From the IMG/VR virus record IMGVR_UViG_3300024181_000003, positions 13,801 to 77,800 of that record: a DNA stretch of 64,000 nt, one strand, 5' to 3'. Both the position numbers and the translations under genes were made by a program. This document shows positions 54,400 through 64,000 of this stretch, one piece after another (the stretch's first letter is position 1; each line of letters begins with the position of its first letter). The stretch is from a virus (lineage: Duplodnaviria > Caudoviricetes). Below the pieces are notes generated by a model, which made no database searches, was not told the DNA's origin, and saw only the letters and a program-made list of their open reading frames with translations.

Positions 54400-56035
54400 A
54401 TTCGCCTCCTTTGGTCAAATCGCAGACTGTGCTGCCTGATTCTTCGTAGATGTGTCCCTCGTTAGCCAACGCCACAGACAGCGGAACCGGGTTGAGCGGC
54501 TGGCCGGGACGGGCCTGATCTGGGTAGACAGTAAGGCCACGCAGACCGGGCAGGTACTTGACGAGCATATTACCGAAATCCCGCACTCTGGTGTCATTGT
54601 TAAATTCGGTTCCCCACTTGGGTAGATTGATGGTGCTTGAAATACCGTGGTCCACGAACTTCTGGACCCACGCTTGAAAGGCCACTCGCCTCTCAACATC
54701 CTGAGCGAGGTCATAGGCATCTTCGATCAACTCCAGAGGGACGCCCTTATCAAGCAAGCGCTTGGCGGTCGGGTCCACAACGTATTGGTACATCCACATA
54801 TCACCCTTCAAGTAGCGGCGCTTATACGCGGCCACGAAGATCGGTTCGATTCCGGTCGTTGTCTCGGCAACGATGCCGATGGTGCCGACCGGGGCGATTG
54901 CCCGGGTTTTAACCGGCACGCTCAGTTCCCACTGCTTTGCATACTTTCGTGCAAACGCGCCGGATTGCTCGTAAATATGCAAGTACTTTGCTAGCTCTTC
55001 GTCCGGGCCGTACTTCCGATTATGACAAAGCAGCCACTCGTGGAGTCCCATGAGGCCGAGTCCAAGTCTACGATTTTTGTTTCTAACTTTGTCCACCCCG
55101 GCAAAAGGAATATCTGAGTAGACAGTACCTGCCAAGAGGAAGGCAGTAGCCAATTCCACAACCTTTTCCATTTCTTCCAGAGACTCAATTCTCGCCATGT
55201 TAATGGAGCCAAGATTACACACGTCGGAGTCGTCTGGGCTTGTAACCTCTGTGCACGCGTTGCGTAGTGTCTCTCGACTATTTTTCCCGAGGTCAATAGA
55301 GAAACCGGGTTCGCCCGTTTCCAGCATATGTCGTACCGTTGACCAATATACGGATTGTGCAAGCGTATGATTCTCGTGACTTTCATCGTGGTATGCCTCA
55401 AAGAAGTCGTCGTTTAGAAGGACTGAGATGTTCGTCATGTCCATCGTGGCCGGGAAGTTGAAGTCCTTGGCCTTGAGCGCCAGCACTTCCGGCGTCCAAT
55501 CCTTCAGACGGATAAACTTTTGAATGTCTGCGTGGTCCCAAGCCAGCCCGGCCCAGATTGCAGACCGGCGGCTGCCGCCCTGCATGATGTATCGGCCAGA
55601 CTCGTTGACCATCTTCATCAACGCAATCGGACCTGTCGAGTAGCCGCCCGTCTTACGAATCAGCTTGCCCTCAGGACGGATGTCGCTATAGTCAGACCCA
55701 ATACCACCACCCGTCATAAGCGACAAGGTTGCCTTCTGCATCAAATCCGACCAGCCTTCCCGGGAGTCTTCCGCTCGAAACAGAAAGCAGTTGTTGACCT
55801 GATGGAACAAGCGGCCCGTTGCGGCGAGATATCGACCGCCCGGCACGAACTTTCGTTCTTCGATGATCTTGCGTGTCGCCTCCACTTGCGATTTCGGTGC
55901 GTGAACCGCACGTAGGACATGTTTTGAAACTCTGTACGCTATGTTGGCCCATGTTTCCTTCTCCCCTTCCTTGTTCAAATGGGAGTACTTCTGCTCCATA
56001 ATCGTTTGTGCGAACTTACTCATCTCAACGGGCAT
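54389..56035 (-). CDS. nrdJ: Compact class II (B12-dependent) ribonucleotide reductase
   Basis: PGGRYL, NNC, NACTE, CNLGSIN, LGLGLMG, APVGT, C-terminal C.....ECG pair; no beta-subunit gene nearby. Confidence 0.8.
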   Translation of the reverse strand: MPVEMSKFAQTIMEQKYSHLNKEGEKETWANIAYRVSKHVLRAVHAPKSQVEATRKIIEERKFVPGGRYLAATGRLFHQVNNCFLFRAEDSREGWSDLMQKATLSLMTGGGIGSDYSDIRPEGKLIRKTGGYSTGPIALMKMVNESGRYIMQGGSRRSAIWAGLAWDHADIQKFIRLKDWTPEVLALKAKDFNFPATMDMTNISVLLNDDFFEAYHDESHENHTLAQSVYWSTVRHMLETGEPGFSIDLGKNSRETLRNACTEVTSPDDSDVCNLGSINMARIESLEEMEKVVELATAFLLAGTVYSDIPFAGVDKVRNKNRRLGLGLMGLHEWLLCHNRKYGPDEELAKYLHIYEQSGAFARKYAKQWELSVPVKTRAIAPVGTIGIVAETTTGIEPIFVAAYKRRYLKGDMWMYQYVVDPTAKRLLDKGVPLELIEDAYDLAQDVERRVAFQAWVQKFVDHGISSTINLPKWGTEFNNDTRVRDFGNMLVKYLPGLRGLTVYPDQARPGQPLNPVPLSVALANEGHIYEESGSTVCDLTKGGECGG

Positions 56036-56699
56036 GCTTCAAACTCCGATCGGTTCCTCGAAGGCCCTTGACGTACAGACCTCGGTTAATTCCACGGCTG
56101 ACCTTCTGTTGCCGGGTCTTGCGGTCTGCTTTACGACGATACCCTTTCTTGAAGAGTTGGATGGCGATGGCACGGGCGGCCAGCATCTGGTCCTCTTCCT
56201 TATCGTACGCCCCGGCCAAGGTCGGGAATAATTCACGGGTCAGTTCAACGACCTGCAACATGTTTGGATTCGGGCGACGAAACTTGCGCTTGCCTGCGAA
56301 CTGCTTTGCGCCGACAATGGCCTTGATGGTTGGCTTCTGATTGTGCAGCGGCACGGTTGCGTAGACGGTTGTCCGTTCGCCGGTCTCGATATCTTCGTCA
56401 ATCCACAGTTCCTTGAAACGCTGTTCGCACTTCTGCGAATCACGATGGCGTAATACGCACACTAGGCATTTGATCATTTTGCCCAGTTCCGGGTGGCGGC
56501 CAGAGAATGACTTGCCCCTGATCTCTGCCGTGGCTGCGTCTGCTGCCTTCTGAGCCTCTGGAGAGACTACGAATACAGGCTTGTCTTCCGGCACGGTGCC
56601 ACCGGGCACGATCTCGTATTGGCTAACCACGTTCTCGGTCACGCCATCTTCGGTGTACTTGCGGACGCTCTTCTCGATTTTTTCGAACTCTTCGCTCAT
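56025..56699 (-). CDS. Hypothetical protein with Zn site
   Basis: CLVC..RH....C. Confidence 0.55.
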   Translation of the reverse strand: MSEEFEKIEKSVRKYTEDGVTENVVSQYEIVPGGTVPEDKPVFVVSPEAQKAADAATAEIRGKSFSGRHPELGKMIKCLVCVLRHRDSQKCEQRFKELWIDEDIETGERTTVYATVPLHNQKPTIKAIVGAKQFAGKRKFRRPNPNMLQVVELTRELFPTLAGAYDKEEDQMLAARAIAIQLFKKGYRRKADRKTRQQKVSRGINRGLYVKGLRGTDRSLKHAR

Positions 56700-57697
56700 A
56701 CCGCCTCCGTCCAAATCGCTGGGTCGTTCCTCGACCAGCTAATGCCTGCCGCAACTATTCTGTCACCACACTCCTGATAGTCGCCCTCTTCGATCTTCTT
56801 CAACGAGTACGCCAGCAGCGCTTGATTGCGGTCGCTGTACGTATCTGTTGCTGCCGGGTCCTTGGATGATGCAACCGGTGCCCTGTCCATGACCAACTCT
56901 TCTTGGTCGAGGCCGGGCTCGTCGTCGCCACCGATCTGAGAAATGATCGGCACGCCCATATCGAAGTCTCGGCCCTGCTGTGTCAAACGACCGTTCACAG
57001 GCTCGGGTTTAATACCTATTTTCACTCGAAATAAAAGAATATCGACCCCGTACTCTTCGATACGCTCGAAAGCAGAAAAATCGCCGTCCATAGATTTTTC
57101 TACATCACTCACCGAAATAGGCGTTATCCGAGGAGGGTTTGATGGCGCTATTCTATACTTTTCTGATCTATCGAATGCTTTTTTGTAAAACGCTGTTGCC
57201 GATGCTTCGGTTTCTCTGAGCGGCTCGTTTCCGGCGTATGCTCGATGTATGTGTGGCTTCTCAATGGTGGGGACTCGTGGTGTTCTCATTCGCATATCCA
57301 TGCGATACTTTTCTGTTTTCAGGTCGATCGGTTTAGTTGCCGCTGGTAAGATTCGCTCAAGTTCTTTTCTTTGAACTCCGATAGACGATACCAAGACGAT
57401 ATCGCTACTGTAACGAAAGTCTTGTTCTCTGAACTCTAATACTTTTTCAGAGCCTTTGCAGAGATCGCAAGTCTTTTTCTCTTGCGGAGTCATAGAACAA
57501 CAAAATGGGCAATTAACAGCCACACTTTCTCTGATACGCTCGATAGCGATCCATCTGGCGGCCCGCTCCTTAACAAGGGCGTTTGCCTCGTCGTATTCTA
57601 TCATTTTCTTACATTGGCACTTGGGCGCTGGCGGTTCTGAGAGCCCAATGGCCACCAACTCTTGTCCGATACACCCTGAGTGCATTCTGACCTTCAT
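56696..57697 (-). CDS. Hypothetical protein with Cys motifs
   Basis: CQC; CPFC..CDLCKG; AT-rich middle. Confidence 0.55.
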   Translation of the reverse strand: MKVRMHSGCIGQELVAIGLSEPPAPKCQCKKMIEYDEANALVKERAARWIAIERIRESVAVNCPFCCSMTPQEKKTCDLCKGSEKVLEFREQDFRYSSDIVLVSSIGVQRKELERILPAATKPIDLKTEKYRMDMRMRTPRVPTIEKPHIHRAYAGNEPLRETEASATAFYKKAFDRSEKYRIAPSNPPRITPISVSDVEKSMDGDFSAFERIEEYGVDILLFRVKIGIKPEPVNGRLTQQGRDFDMGVPIISQIGGDDEPGLDQEELVMDRAPVASSKDPAATDTYSDRNQALLAYSLKKIEEGDYQECGDRIVAAGISWSRNDPAIWTEAV

Positions 57698-57721
57698 CTC
57701 GTCCCTCCCATAGGTCCAGCA

Positions 57722-58129
57722 TTATACGGCATGCTTTTTGGGTCTTCCTCGTTTTCTCGCACCTAGGAGGCCTCTACCGTCGGTACGTAAACCTTGGGAG
57801 GCCCGACGAATGCTGCGTACAACACACTCAATTTTGAGTGGGCTCGTCCCTAGTTCTTGAGCAACCTGTGTGTCTGTGTACCCCAATCTAAAAAACAGAT
57901 TGATTACCGCAGCCCATCTAGCAGCTGCATCTCGTTGTTTAGCGTTTGTTTTCAATTTTGGAAACGAGCGAAGTAATACTTTCTGAACCTCGCTGTCTTT
58001 GAAAACCCAAGAGGGTGTCTGACGTCGAACATGTGATTTGTAAGTTCTGGGCTTAACGATCTGGTGTCCCCCGCCCATGAAAGTATCGTTGCTGTCCAGA
58101 GACTGTCTTAGCTTTTTTCCTGTTTTCAT
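57722..58129 (-). CDS. Putative HTH DNA-binding protein
   Basis: GYTDTQVAQELGTS...V..I; AT-hook-like KRGRPKK. Confidence 0.55.
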   Translation of the reverse strand: MKTGKKLRQSLDSNDTFMGGGHQIVKPRTYKSHVRRQTPSWVFKDSEVQKVLLRSFPKLKTNAKQRDAAARWAAVINLFFRLGYTDTQVAQELGTSPLKIECVVRSIRRASQGLRTDGRGLLGARKRGRPKKHAV

Positions 58130-58131
58130 GT

Positions 58132-58401
58132 CTACTCTGCCCTCAGTATTTTTAGAATCTCTGCCGCATTTTCATGACCAATCAAAGCCTTTTTGGCTTT
58201 TTTGAGCATCTTTCTTTTTGTTTTGGTTCCCCGACCATCAGAATCTGTTCCAGAGTACGGTCGGGTCAAGGATTGATGGCGCTCCAAAGAACCAGACCTC
58301 TCATAGTGATGTGGGTCCGCTCCTGTCAGTTCTTCGTCGAACTGATGCTCTTGAAAAAATACCGTCTGCGGTGCTGGCGGCAACTTCGTTATCTTAACCA
58401 T
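58132..58401 (-). CDS. Hypothetical basic protein
   Basis: MVKITKLPPAP... Confidence 0.5.
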   Translation of the reverse strand: MVKITKLPPAPQTVFFQEHQFDEELTGADPHHYERSGSLERHQSLTRPYSGTDSDGRGTKTKRKMLKKAKKALIGHENAAEILKILRAE

Positions 58402-59605
58402 TCGGCTCACCCTCGTCTCCGAAGAGATCGTCAAGACTCTCCTCGTTGGATTTTGTAAAATTCAACTCTTTATACTTCTCGTCGCCCAGAACGAAGGCGA
58501 TGAAGAACGGGTCGTTCTTGTCGTCGTGTGGGAAGCGGATTCCGAATGTGTTCGGATACGCCCTGCGTTGCCATGCGTTCACGATGTTGATGATTTGTCT
58601 TGCGGCGATTTCCCCAGCATCGTTAGCAGATTGCTCCGAAACATATCCAGCATTGAACTGTAGACGTTGTTTTGTAACAACTGCTGGGGCAACGATTTCC
58701 GCATATTGAGAAAGCCACTCATCTCGTCGCTGCTTGGCGGCTTTGGTGGTGTCGAGTTTTCCATCTTCTTTCCTTCCCTGCGCCTTCTCCATCATCTCGA
58801 TCATGGACTCGTTGGCGACCAGCACGAGGTTATCGTTGTCGTCGATCTGAGCGACTATCGCTTCTTGGCCTGCGGCCAGCGTACGGGTGTCTTCGAGGAG
58901 CGTAACCGAAGAACCTTTTTGAATATTGTGCGATTTCTTGACGAACCAGAGAAGTGCAACGTCACGGATTCCAGACAGCCATGAATAGCGGCGAAGCTGT
59001 GTATCATACGCTGCAATTCCATAAGCCTCTGGAAAGTCAACTCCCGACGTCTTGATGTCGATAATGACCGGGCGAAGTGGTCCAAATTCAGCTTTCCAAT
59101 CAAGTTTAGGGAGCATGGGATGGTTAGGGTCCACATAGGCGATGATGTCGAGTTTACCTGCGTCTTCGATTTCTCCATAGTTCGGGTCATTTGGGAAGAC
59201 CTCCTTCTTTGCTTCTTTCTGAAACAACGTCTGTCCACCCAGAGGAATTGGTAGCGATGGCTGCTTGATGAAATATAACTTTAGCATCTCTAGGCCAGCC
59301 TTGTAAAGCGAGGCCCAGTCCTTCTCGACAGCGGTGTAGCGCAGTTCGGTGTTAGCCGCCTGCTTGGCCCACTCTTCGATGAAGACGTTGAGTGTTGACT
59401 GCTTGTTGCCGTCGTGCTCGTGATACCACTGGATGGCGTTCTCGACCGCACGGCCAAACATGAACGCGGCCTTGTTGTCCTTCTCTTTCCAGCCCTCGAT
59501 CTTCTGCAGGTAGTACTTCATCGGGCACTGATCGAACGTATTTCCTGCCGAATAGGAGTGTTTTCTCCAAGGTTTTCCAGAACTACTGATATAGAGGTAA
59601 GCCAC
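58394..59605 (-). CDS. PD-(D/E)XK nuclease (RecB/AddB-like)
   Basis: HSYS..NTF..CP..YY; GRAVE.AI; GKLDII; IDIKTS; QL..Y. Confidence 0.75.
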   Translation of the reverse strand: MAYLYISSSGKPWRKHSYSAGNTFDQCPMKYYLQKIEGWKEKDNKAAFMFGRAVENAIQWYHEHDGNKQSTLNVFIEEWAKQAANTELRYTAVEKDWASLYKAGLEMLKLYFIKQPSLPIPLGGQTLFQKEAKKEVFPNDPNYGEIEDAGKLDIIAYVDPNHPMLPKLDWKAEFGPLRPVIIDIKTSGVDFPEAYGIAAYDTQLRRYSWLSGIRDVALLWFVKKSHNIQKGSSVTLLEDTRTLAAGQEAIVAQIDDNDNLVLVANESMIEMMEKAQGRKEDGKLDTTKAAKQRRDEWLSQYAEIVAPAVVTKQRLQFNAGYVSEQSANDAGEIAARQIINIVNAWQRRAYPNTFGIRFPHDDKNDPFFIAFVLGDEKYKELNFTKSNEESLDDLFGDEGEPNG

Positions 59606-59626
59606 TATTTTAGCCCTCCCAATCGT

Positions 59627-59899
59627 TTAGGGACTGTCTTCAAATATTCTCGCATTTGACGGAGTCCCCATCCTTTGGGGGTGTCTTCCGGCCATGCGAA
59701 GCTCCAAATTATGTTCTCGATTATCTGCTCGTTTTCCGTTTTTATGATGGACCGTCTCGCCTTTTCGAAGTTTTCTACCTAGCGTTTTCTCCATGATAAA
59801 GCGATGTTCTAGGACTGCTGCTCCTTCGCCAACTCTGATCATCTTATATCCCTGCGGAGTAGTAGAGCCGCCCTTAAATTGAGAGCATGGTCGGCACAC
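59627..59899 (-). CDS. HNH endonuclease
   Basis: EHR.IME..LGR.L...E.VHHKNG.R.DNR..NLEL. Confidence 0.8.
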   Translation of the reverse strand: MCRPCSQFKGGSTTPQGYKMIRVGEGAAVLEHRFIMEKTLGRKLRKGETVHHKNGKRADNREHNLELRMAGRHPQRMGTPSNARIFEDSP

Positions 59900-60083
59900 A
59901 CCTCGGCTTTTTATCAGCTTTGGATAAAATACAATCCATCGAGGCTTTAAAGCCGCGCACGAGTATCCTTTATCGGACAGGTTACGAACATTAAAACTCG
60001 TGGCTTTTTCACACGATGCTTAATGTTAATGATAGCTGGGATTTTCTTCTTCATACCCGCCAATGTTATACGATTATTTGGCA

Positions 60084-60293
60084 CTACCCGCGCCTCGGGT
60101 CGGTGAACGTGAAATGGCCGTCGATTCGGTTCTCTTGGAAGTCCGGGCCCTCGTATTCGTCTTCGGTCCCTTCCTCGAAAGAGTTGGCCCACTCCTCGAA
60201 CTTTTCTTCTAACTCGACTGGTACGTAGTAGTCATGTCCGCTGTCGTCGCCCATAATTCGGTAACGTTGCGGCGCTTTAACTTTGTTCGCCAT
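60084..60293 (-). CDS. Small acidic protein
   Basis: GGAG RBS; DDSGH.Y.VP motif. Confidence 0.6.
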   Translation of the reverse strand: MANKVKAPQRYRIMGDDSGHDYYVPVELEEKFEEWANSFEEGTEDEYEGPDFQENRIDGHFTFTDPRRG

Positions 60294-61908
60294 TTTGCTC
60301 CTCCAAATTCAAGAACTCGCTGCGGAGTCCGTAGTAACTGATATCAAGAGTATCGGCTGCACGACTGCATGCAACGAAGAAGATGCGCTTCTCTTCAAGC
60401 CACTCGCCGTCCTTGTGCGGCATCAGGCCTTGCTTCGCACCGATCACATAGACGTGCTTCCATTCACGGCCCTTGGCTTGGTGAACTGTGCTCAGAGCCA
60501 GAGACGGATTCTTATCCCGGCCTTCGTAGTTCGGTGCCTTGGCTGCCTCGCAAGCATACGTCAGCTTGCGTAGCCATGTCAAGAACTCTGCCGTCGTGCC
60601 GCCCTTGAAGCCTTTGCCGCCTGCGGCCTTGGGTGCTGCCAGCCTGATGAAGTCAACTAGATTTTCGACCGGCGGCTTCTCGTTCGGTCCACCGACGTTG
60701 CGGTAGATGTGGTTCAGATTGTGCCGCTCCATCAGTTCGCCCAGAACTGTGTGTGCTGGGCGTGGGTCAGCCTTGTGTTCCTTGGCCAGATCGATCAGGT
60801 GCTTGACCTCGTTGGTCTGCCACAAATCCTTCTGGCCGAGAATCATGCTCTTCTTGCCTTGCGTCATAACGACACGTTGGAAGTTGCGGAGCTGTCGGTT
60901 AGTCCGGGCAATCACTACCGATTCGTTCAGTCGGTCTCCGATCTTTTCAACCACTTTATACGCTTCCTGTAAATCATCAGCGTAGCATGTGATTGTTGGT
61001 CGAGTGCCGATTTCTCGGTCGGACAGCATGTGCGATGCGAGCCCGTTGTCAACCGGCAGGATTTGCTTGAAGAAGTCAACGAGAGATTTTGTGCTTCGGT
61101 AATTTTGTCCGAGATAAAGCGTTCGACTTCCGGGGAAATGGGTGGCAAAGTTCGTAAGGTTTCCAGCCACAGCACTGCGCCATTCGTAGATGAGTTGGTT
61201 TTCGTCTCCCACCACAAAGATGTTGCCGCCATAGATGAGTTGTAGCAGCCTGAATTGAACCACGTCAGTGTCCTGACACTCATCGACAGAGATGTATTTC
61301 CGTTGATGTCTTCCACGAACCTCATCGTTTGTCTCCAATAGGGCGACCGTCTCTTTCATCAGAGAGTCAAAATCCAGCCAGCCCTGCTCTCGGCACTTCT
61401 TCTCGTAGTCCCTGTACGCCGCTGCGTAGAAGAACTCGTTCTTGTTCGTGCTGTACGTCTCTTCCAGAGCCTGCTCCGGTGAGATGTTCGAGGCCTTCCA
61501 CTCAGCCAGCTTGTCCTTGAGCGAACGGAAGCTGGTGATGGTCGGGTACATCTTCATCAGGTCTTTCAACAGCTGAAAGTCCTGTCCATAGGTCGGCAGC
61601 ACGAAGTCTCCAACTTTGAACGGCAGATGATCTTTCTCTTTCATGATCAGATCGAGTGCGAACGAGTGGAAGGTGCGGAAGACCTTCTTAGCATCCACCA
61701 GCCCGACCTTGTCCGCCATATTCTCAGCCGCCGCTGCGGTGAACGTCAGGTTGAGAATGTCCTTGGCGAACACGCCCTTGGCGAGGATGTTGCGGTGACG
61801 GGCAACGAGCGTGGTCGTCTTGCCGGAACCCGGCCCGGCGATGCACACAAAGTCCCCGTCGATTGCGTTGGCCGCAACCTCCTGCTCGGCGTTGAGTTTG
61901 TAAATCAA
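60277..61908 (-). CDS. UvrD/Rep-family SF1A helicase (short)
   Basis: AGPGSGKT, TFHSF, VDECQD, VGD.NQ.IY.WR, NYRS, STVHQAKG.E, EE.RIFFVA.SRA. Confidence 0.92.
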   Translation of the reverse strand: MIYKLNAEQEVAANAIDGDFVCIAGPGSGKTTTLVARHRNILAKGVFAKDILNLTFTAAAAENMADKVGLVDAKKVFRTFHSFALDLIMKEKDHLPFKVGDFVLPTYGQDFQLLKDLMKMYPTITSFRSLKDKLAEWKASNISPEQALEETYSTNKNEFFYAAAYRDYEKKCREQGWLDFDSLMKETVALLETNDEVRGRHQRKYISVDECQDTDVVQFRLLQLIYGGNIFVVGDENQLIYEWRSAVAGNLTNFATHFPGSRTLYLGQNYRSTKSLVDFFKQILPVDNGLASHMLSDREIGTRPTITCYADDLQEAYKVVEKIGDRLNESVVIARTNRQLRNFQRVVMTQGKKSMILGQKDLWQTNEVKHLIDLAKEHKADPRPAHTVLGELMERHNLNHIYRNVGGPNEKPPVENLVDFIRLAAPKAAGGKGFKGGTTAEFLTWLRKLTYACEAAKAPNYEGRDKNPSLALSTVHQAKGREWKHVYVIGAKQGLMPHKDGEWLEEKRIFFVACSRAADTLDISYYGLRSEFLNLEEQNGEQS

Positions 61909-63020
61909 TTACCGTCCCCGAACTCGGCATCGAATCCGACGCTGTAGCCGGACTTGCTGCTGAACTTCTCTTTCTTGTTCTTCTTCAAGCGTGCGATGGT
62001 TTCGTCCAGAGGGATGTCGAGCGCCAGATAGGTGGTGGCGATTTCACGCAAATACGCCAGCGACAGACCGTCGGTCTTGTCGATGATTTCCTCCAGCTTG
62101 GCGTCGTCGACGTTCTTGATGGTGTTCTTCAAGTACGCTCGGCGAGTTTCAACGGTCGGTGCATGCAAACCAATCACGGGGTCGAAGCGGCCCGGGCGAC
62201 GAATGAATCGGTCGGCCACTGCGTCCGGCTTGTTCGTTGTGGCGATGTGGACGACGTTGTTAATCTGGTTCTCACCGTCGTACAGCGCCAACGCTTCCGT
62301 TTCTTCGCTGGCAACGTTGCTGCCGTTTGCACTTTCCAGATATGTCTCCAAGTCCTCGACCACGGTCATGATTGGTCGGTTCGGCTCGGTCTTGCGGAAC
62401 TCTTTCAGGCCCTTGACCAAGGTCTCGAAGTCGTCGCCAATCGTGAATATGACGCCGTTCATATCGACAATCTGCTTCTTGAGGAGATTGATGAGCGACG
62501 TCTTGCCAACGCCCGGCGGTCCCCAGAACATGATTCCGCGCTTGTGCAGAAAGCCGTGGTGCCTGTATTTCTCTTCGCCTTCCCAGAACTTTTTAATCTG
62601 ATCGAGCACGTACTGTGTCGGCAGGCCGGGCAGGTCGAATAGGTTGTCGGACAGCGCAACAGACTTGCGTGCCCAGATAACTCCGTTCGAGTCCTCGGCG
62701 TGATAGTATTCGCCAGCCGGGAGTTCTTCGCACACCTTGCTCAACGATGCGTACTTGACTCCCGACGGTGTATCTGCAACTTGCCATCCAGTTCTGATTA
62801 CCGACTCTGTGGTCATTGTTCCTCCAAGGAAATCTTGCAATAGTTTTTGTGCTTCTGATTCAGATTTTGCCGATGCTATCGATTTACCGCTACCACCACC
62901 AGCCCACAAAATAACATGCCAGCTCCGATCGCCCGGGCCACCTATTTGTTCGACGGTGTACCGGCCATTCGCGTACGACATCCAACGATCGCCCCTCGAC
63001 AGTTTGGGTTTCTTCGCCAC
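61905..63020 (-). CDS. AAA+ ATPase (probable internal start at 62816)
   Basis: GPPGVGKT, VEDLE, TTN, RRPGRFD. Confidence 0.88.
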   Translation of the reverse strand: MAKKPKLSRGDRWMSYANGRYTVEQIGGPGDRSWHVILWAGGGSGKSIASAKSESEAQKLLQDFLGGTMTTESVIRTGWQVADTPSGVKYASLSKVCEELPAGEYYHAEDSNGVIWARKSVALSDNLFDLPGLPTQYVLDQIKKFWEGEEKYRHHGFLHKRGIMFWGPPGVGKTSLINLLKKQIVDMNGVIFTIGDDFETLVKGLKEFRKTEPNRPIMTVVEDLETYLESANGSNVASEETEALALYDGENQINNVVHIATTNKPDAVADRFIRRPGRFDPVIGLHAPTVETRRAYLKNTIKNVDDAKLEEIIDKTDGLSLAYLREIATTYLALDIPLDETIARLKKNKKEKFSSKSGYSVGFDAEFGDGN

Positions 63021-64000
63021 TACTTGGCTCCGATCGATTGATTGATATACTCAACCAGTGCCTTGGCTCCGTTGTCCTTCGTGTACGTGTCGAGGAAATC
63101 GAACAAATCTTCCCACTGCGTCAGCGACAGCTTGGCGACATCTGCGCCACCGGTGTACCGGAGCGCGAACGCACGCAGCTTGTTCGGCGGCCCACCGACA
63201 TCCTCTGACGGCATCATGCCGCCTTGCTTCGGAAGGATATCGTTTGAGTAGACCTTCAAACGTTTGCGGAAGTCCTCAAACTTTTCTTTGTCGAGCGTAG
63301 CAGCCACGGATGGAATCTCGCCGATAGCCGCTGCCAACTTTTGACGCACCTCGGGAGTGTCTGGGATGCCTGCCGGGAGCGGGGCCATGATCTTTTTACT
63401 GCTGACGACTGCTTCAACAGGCGCTGAAACGGGGGGTTTTGGTGAAATCTGTTGCGCCGGGGGCACCTCGACATACGAGGTGACGGTCTTGGTCGTCTCC
63501 ACTTTGACAATTTCGGGGAGAGGAAGGTTCAACGTGTGTCCGGTGCTAACGGCACCCTCCTCTCTTTCAGCCGTGGCTATCGGCTCCGAAACCTTCTCTT
63601 CCAAGGAAACTGTGTTGGCCTTCTTTCGTGTTCTCTTGGCCTTTGGCTTGATTTCTGCCGCTCCCGTGTCCGGCTTCGTGTCCACGGAGGTTGTTGATTC
63701 TGCTGGAGAAGCGGGGGCCGCAGCGGGTTTCGTGTCCTGTTGTTTGTCCGCTTGCTGTTTCCATGCGGTGTCGATCTGGTCCTGTTGGCCGACAAACTGC
63801 GGCTCTGAATACTGCGCTTTTTCTTTAAACGGCACGTTTTCAGGTACTTGCTCGGCTACAACTTTCGCCTTGATTTCGCCACCTGTCTGCACGGTGCCCG
63901 GCGCAGCGTTCGGCGCGACGGTCGGGGGCTTCGGTACGACCACTGGGGGGCCGGAGAGCGTGGCTAGGGAGGCCGCAGACGTCGCAACGTTCGATGTCTG
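63020..64000 (-). CDS. Pro/Ala/Thr-rich hypothetical protein (5' truncated by window edge)
   Basis: Frame is open to position 64000; folded-looking C-terminal domain. Confidence 0.55.
   Translation of the reverse strand, partial: QTSNVATSAASLATLSGPPVVVPKPPTVAPNAAPGTVQTGGEIKAKVVAEQVPENVPFKEKAQYSEPQFVGQQDQIDTAWKQQADKQQDTKPAAAPASPAESTTSVDTKPDTGAAEIKPKAKRTRKKANTVSLEEKVSEPIATAEREEGAVSTGHTLNLPLPEIVKVETTKTVTSYVEVPPAQQISPKPPVSAPVEAVVSSKKIMAPLPAGIPDTPEVRQKLAAAIGEIPSVAATLDKEKFEDFRKRLKVYSNDILPKQGGMMPSEDVGGPPNKLRAFALRYTGGADVAKLSLTQWEDLFDFLDTYTKDNGAKALVEYINQSIGAK

Noticed and set aside
1-64000. tRNA genes, stop-codon recoding, att sites, host flanks
   Set aside because: None recognised by eye; TAG, TGA and TAA all end well-formed genes. 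tRNAscan and att searches were not run.

Overview
The whole window looks like phage DNA with two convergent arms meeting at 29221-29224; no host flank, tRNA or CRISPR array was recognised. The + arm (1-29224) is a podovirus-like virion module: scaffold, major capsid protein split by a 206-nt ORF-less group I intron, lectin-like and collagen-like fibres, two paralogous adaptors, a nozzle-like protein, a GNAT-like gene and three putative ejection proteins, the last a 2015-aa multi-domain protein. The - arm (29221-64000) holds many small early genes, a tyrosine recombinase, an IS200/IS605 element (tnpA+tnpB) whose 96-nt right end is duplicated with a second guide flank, three SprT-like proteases, two lysins, a five-gene glycosyltransferase operon resembling a blood-group A pathway (GT31, GT11, GT6 with AGG motif, two GT2), a class II RNR, MazG, DHH and calcineurin-like phosphoesterases, a PD-(D/E)XK nuclease, UvrD and an AAA ATPase. 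Six free-standing homing-endonuclease-like genes are scattered through the window. Family calls come from motifs read by eye, not from database searches.
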